Positions 60,688 through 64,000 of a stretch of DNA of 64,000 nt are shown in pieces. The notes below the pieces were generated by a model, which made no database searches, had not been told where the DNA came from, and worked only from the letters and a program-made list of their open reading frames with translations. Position numbers and translations under genes: made by a program. The number at the start of each line of letters is the position of its first letter. The first letter of the stretch is position 1. Source of the DNA: Convolutriloba macropyga (Eukaryota); contig NC_134473.1 of NCBI RefSeq assembly GCF_964194025.1, positions 74,648,001 to 74,712,000 on the forward strand, read 5' to 3'.

Positions 60688-63600
60688 ATGGTAGATACTT
60701 GGTCAACTGTTAACTCCGAGAGCGACCAGAAGGAAACAATTATCTTGAGAAATCTTAACCAATTTTCCAGTGCTCCGACAGAGCGCCTCTTTGAAGAAAA
60801 GCCAGAAACACTTCAAGAACAGAAGATGCTTGAATTCTCCAGAATGATGATAACGGACAATATACATTTTCACCTAGACTACCTAAACTCCTCAATAGAT
60901 GAATCAGAAGATGTTAAAATACTACAGGAAACAGTTGAAGAGATAAAAGAGAAGCAGCGAAAATTTGAAACCGTTTTGTCCCAATTAATAATTCTGATCG
61001 ATCCATCAGAACAGAGCAATTGTTCTCGCGAACATAGTTGTCTTAAGGTAGAAGTTAAAAAGTGTATCAATAATTTCAAAAAATACGTCAAAAGGAAGTC
61101 ACAGATTAATATTGGAGAGGACTTCAGTCTCAGTGTTGGCGTCGCGTCACCAAAAGACCTAGTTGTTCACCGGACAGCTCCAATTTTCAATTTTCTAACC
61201 CAGTTCAACCTGGTCATGATATCAGCGATCAGGAACAATATGCCGTCAGTTCATCAGCACCCGCTGTGAACAGCAATGTCAGTTTTTCTGCTCCCAGCAA
61301 GCAGCTTAGTATTTGATTCTAACGCCGCTCCATCAGCATTGCTTAACATACAATCCTTCAATTGGCCCTCTCCTCAGAGTATTTTCCCTGAAACAAATCG
61401 TAACGCATCAAATAATAATTTTGAACATCGAGGACTTCTAAACGCGGAAAACTCAAACCATTTTTCAACCAGCTCAATGTCAGTATGCTGCCAACAATCT
61501 GTCCCGAAACTGCACGCAGAAACGTTCAACGGAGATCCAATGAAGTGGATAAATTGGTATAGCATTGTCAAAGCAACTATCGACCAATCTTCCATGTCGT
61601 CAGATGAAAAAATGATCCATTTGCAATCATTGCTCACAGGAGAAGCTAATGCACTAGTTGATGGCTATAGTTACATCGGTGATTTATACGCAGCAGCTCA
61701 ATCAAGACTGCAAGAACATTTTGGCAATTCAAAGAGGATTGTCAATGCTTTCCTTGACAAATTATCGAACTTTAGAAATCCATACTTGTCAAATCCGGAA
61801 AGTTATACACAGTACTCCTCGTTTCTTCTAACGCTCGTTGACACCTTTCAACAACTCGGTTTTATTCATGATCTTGACTCCACCATCGACATGAACATAG
61901 CTTTAACAAAATTACAAAATCCAGTCAGACTCGAATGGAACCGTTACTTCCTGGAAAAAACTATCACACAGCCATCCTTAAAGGCGCTTGCTGATTGGCT
62001 TCTAAACTCTGCAAAAGCATGCAGAGATTTACCAGCAAACTCCAACTTGCCAATTTTTCAAAAAAATTGGTGTTCTTAAAATGGTTTGGAAAACTTCACA
62101 CGCTACTAGAAATAGTGATAACCCGAATCCAAACCATCAATTCCTGAGTTACAGGGAACAAATGCAAATTCAGTCTAAGACGAAAGAAAGCGTTATTTTT
62201 CCGAACAATGAAAACTGTCAATACCTCTAAAAATGCCAGCATTTCCAAGCACTGAGTCCCTTGAAAAGGATAGATCATGTAATGAAGCGAAAGCTTTGTT
62301 TCAATTGTTTTGGACATCATCATGTAGATCAATGCAATTCAAAAAGTGTGTGTCGCTCAAAAGGCTGCGGCAAAAGACATAACACACTCCTGCACGATAA
62401 TTATATGAACAAAAAAAAACTCAAACGTTAAGCCAGTGCTATCTGTTGGAACAGGCCTGGTAGCTTTTGTGGCAGTTCAACTGGTAAATGAAAACCAGTC
62501 TGTGAAAACATACGCATATCTAGACAACGGTAGCTGTCAAAGTCAACTTCTGAAATCAACCTTAAGAACTTGGTCTTAACCTCGAAAAAACAGATAAAAT
62601 GCCTTTAAGTGGTTATCACACGACTGAGGAAATTGATTCCTCTAAAGATTGCTTTGACATAAAACCAATATATAGCTCAATCGAAACTGTCATACTTAAT
62701 GATGTTATGGCGGTACCAGATTTGAATATGTGTGCAGTGAATGTAGCTCAAATAAACGCTTTGTGCAAAAACTATGATCATCTCAGTCATATAAATTTTC
62801 TTGAACTTGAATGGAACAATGTCTCAATTGTTAAAGGCATTAACAACTTAGACTTGATTCACTATAAACAAATTATAAAAGGTCCAAAAAAAATGCCCCA
62901 TGGGGCGTTGAAACAACATTAGGCTGGGCGTGCGCCGGAAATACGAATTTAGTTTCCAATAAGTCTACACCTGTACAGTATACTCAGGTGCAAAACTGCC
63001 CTAATATGGACGACTCCTTTTTCAAATTGGTCCAAGATTGGATGAAAGTGGAAAATTTCGGCTTTGCATCGCCCCGAAAAATTTTGTCGGAAAACAATAA
63101 AAGAGCAATTGAAATTTTAGAGTCCACAACCAAGATCATTGACGGTCATTATCAGATAGGTCGCCTCTGGAAGCAAGGTGCATTTCTTCCCAACAACAGA
63201 TGGTTAGCATTAAAACAACTAGATCAAAAACTTTTTAAAAAATCCGCTACTAAAGGGAAAGTACCAAGCTACTCTGTACGCAGACTTGGAAAAAGAATAC
63301 GTTGTTAAAGTTCAGGATTTAGAATCTCTAACAGTTAATGTCTTCTTTTGCCTCATCACCCAGTGACCAATGAAAATAAACCTGGTAAGGTTCGTAGAGT
63401 TGCAAATGCCTCCAGAATTTTCCAGGGTCAGTCCCTCAACTCTAATTTACTGAAAGGGCCATATCTGCTCAGCAACTTAAATGGTGTCATTATGAGGTTT
63501 CGTGAGATTCGAATTGCGCTGTGCGCAGACATAGAACAAATGTTCATGCAAATGAAAGTTGACACTAAAGACCGACCCTACTTACGCTTCCTCTGGAAGA

Positions 63601-64000
63601 ACAATGGACACGTGGAAACTTATGAATACACCAGTCATATATTTGGTGCAACAGTTTCACCCTGCATAGCATCCTACGCGCTCACAAAATCTGCTCAGGA
63701 CAATACAAAAACTTATCCAATTGTTCAAAAGTTTACAGAGCAGAACAGTTACATGAATGATTTGTTTCTTGCCGTATCGAGTGCAAATGAAGCTACAAAC
63801 ATTGTCCACGAGACTCACAAGGTTTTTGCTACAAGTGGCTTCAATCTGACGAAGTGGAAACCAAATAGTCAACAAGTTCTTGACCTGCTGAATCCGGATA
63901 TCCGACCTAATCCAGATACATCCGCTCCACAAAGTCAGACGGTTCTTGGTCTGCCCTGGTTTCCAGAAGCAGATACATTTGTTATCGAGCGAAAACTGTT
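60688..64000 (+). mobile_element. Decayed BEL/Pao LTR retrotransposon (gag-protease-RT), truncated by window end
   Basis: Gag PKLHAETFNGDPMKWINW..EKMIHLQSLLTGEA (DUF1759-like; in frame with 60688 ORF across a TGA); zinc knuckles CFNCFGHHHVDQC..C...GCGKRHNTLLH (~62290-62395); protease YAYLDNGS (~62510-62535); RT LPHHPV..KPGKVRRV..SLNSNLLKGP..ADIEQMF..LRFLW..HIFGA..SP..YMND (63350-63765). Confidence 0.95.

Noticed and set aside
1-64000. tRNA, rRNA, snRNA genes and species identity
   Set aside because: No RNA gene was recognisable by eye (a covariance-model scan is needed); the organism cannot be fixed beyond an AT-rich animal with motile cilia or flagella.

Overview
AT-rich, repeat-dense animal (invertebrate-like) genomic DNA with two N gaps. 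Four host genes lie co-directionally on the minus strand: SNRPD3 (SmD3, intronless CDS), a 4-exon NIPSNAP-family gene, 4-exon MRPL17, and at least 5 exons encoding only the C-terminal part of SPAG17. The rest is mostly mobile or decayed DNA. It includes a virus-like (Maverick/Polinton-type) cluster of overlapping ORFs with a DEDD exonuclease (1-877), a decayed Gypsy LTR retrotransposon (2.8-8.8 kb), and an unclassified ~10 kb decayed coding element carrying three diverged copies of an unknown domain (8.9-19.2 kb). It also includes Helentron-like non-autonomous elements, MITEs, tandem repeats and a BEL/Pao retrotransposon running off the right edge. The main observation concerns intron architecture. 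In most reconstructed introns the 5' splice site is complementary (with G-U wobble on the transcribed strand) to a segment ending 11-21 nt before the 3' AG, and donor positions +3..+6 are degenerate. The intron with the strongest stem (NIPSNAP intron 1) appears to use a non-canonical GA donor. All exon models and pairings were derived by hand from the sequence; no searches or folding programs were run.
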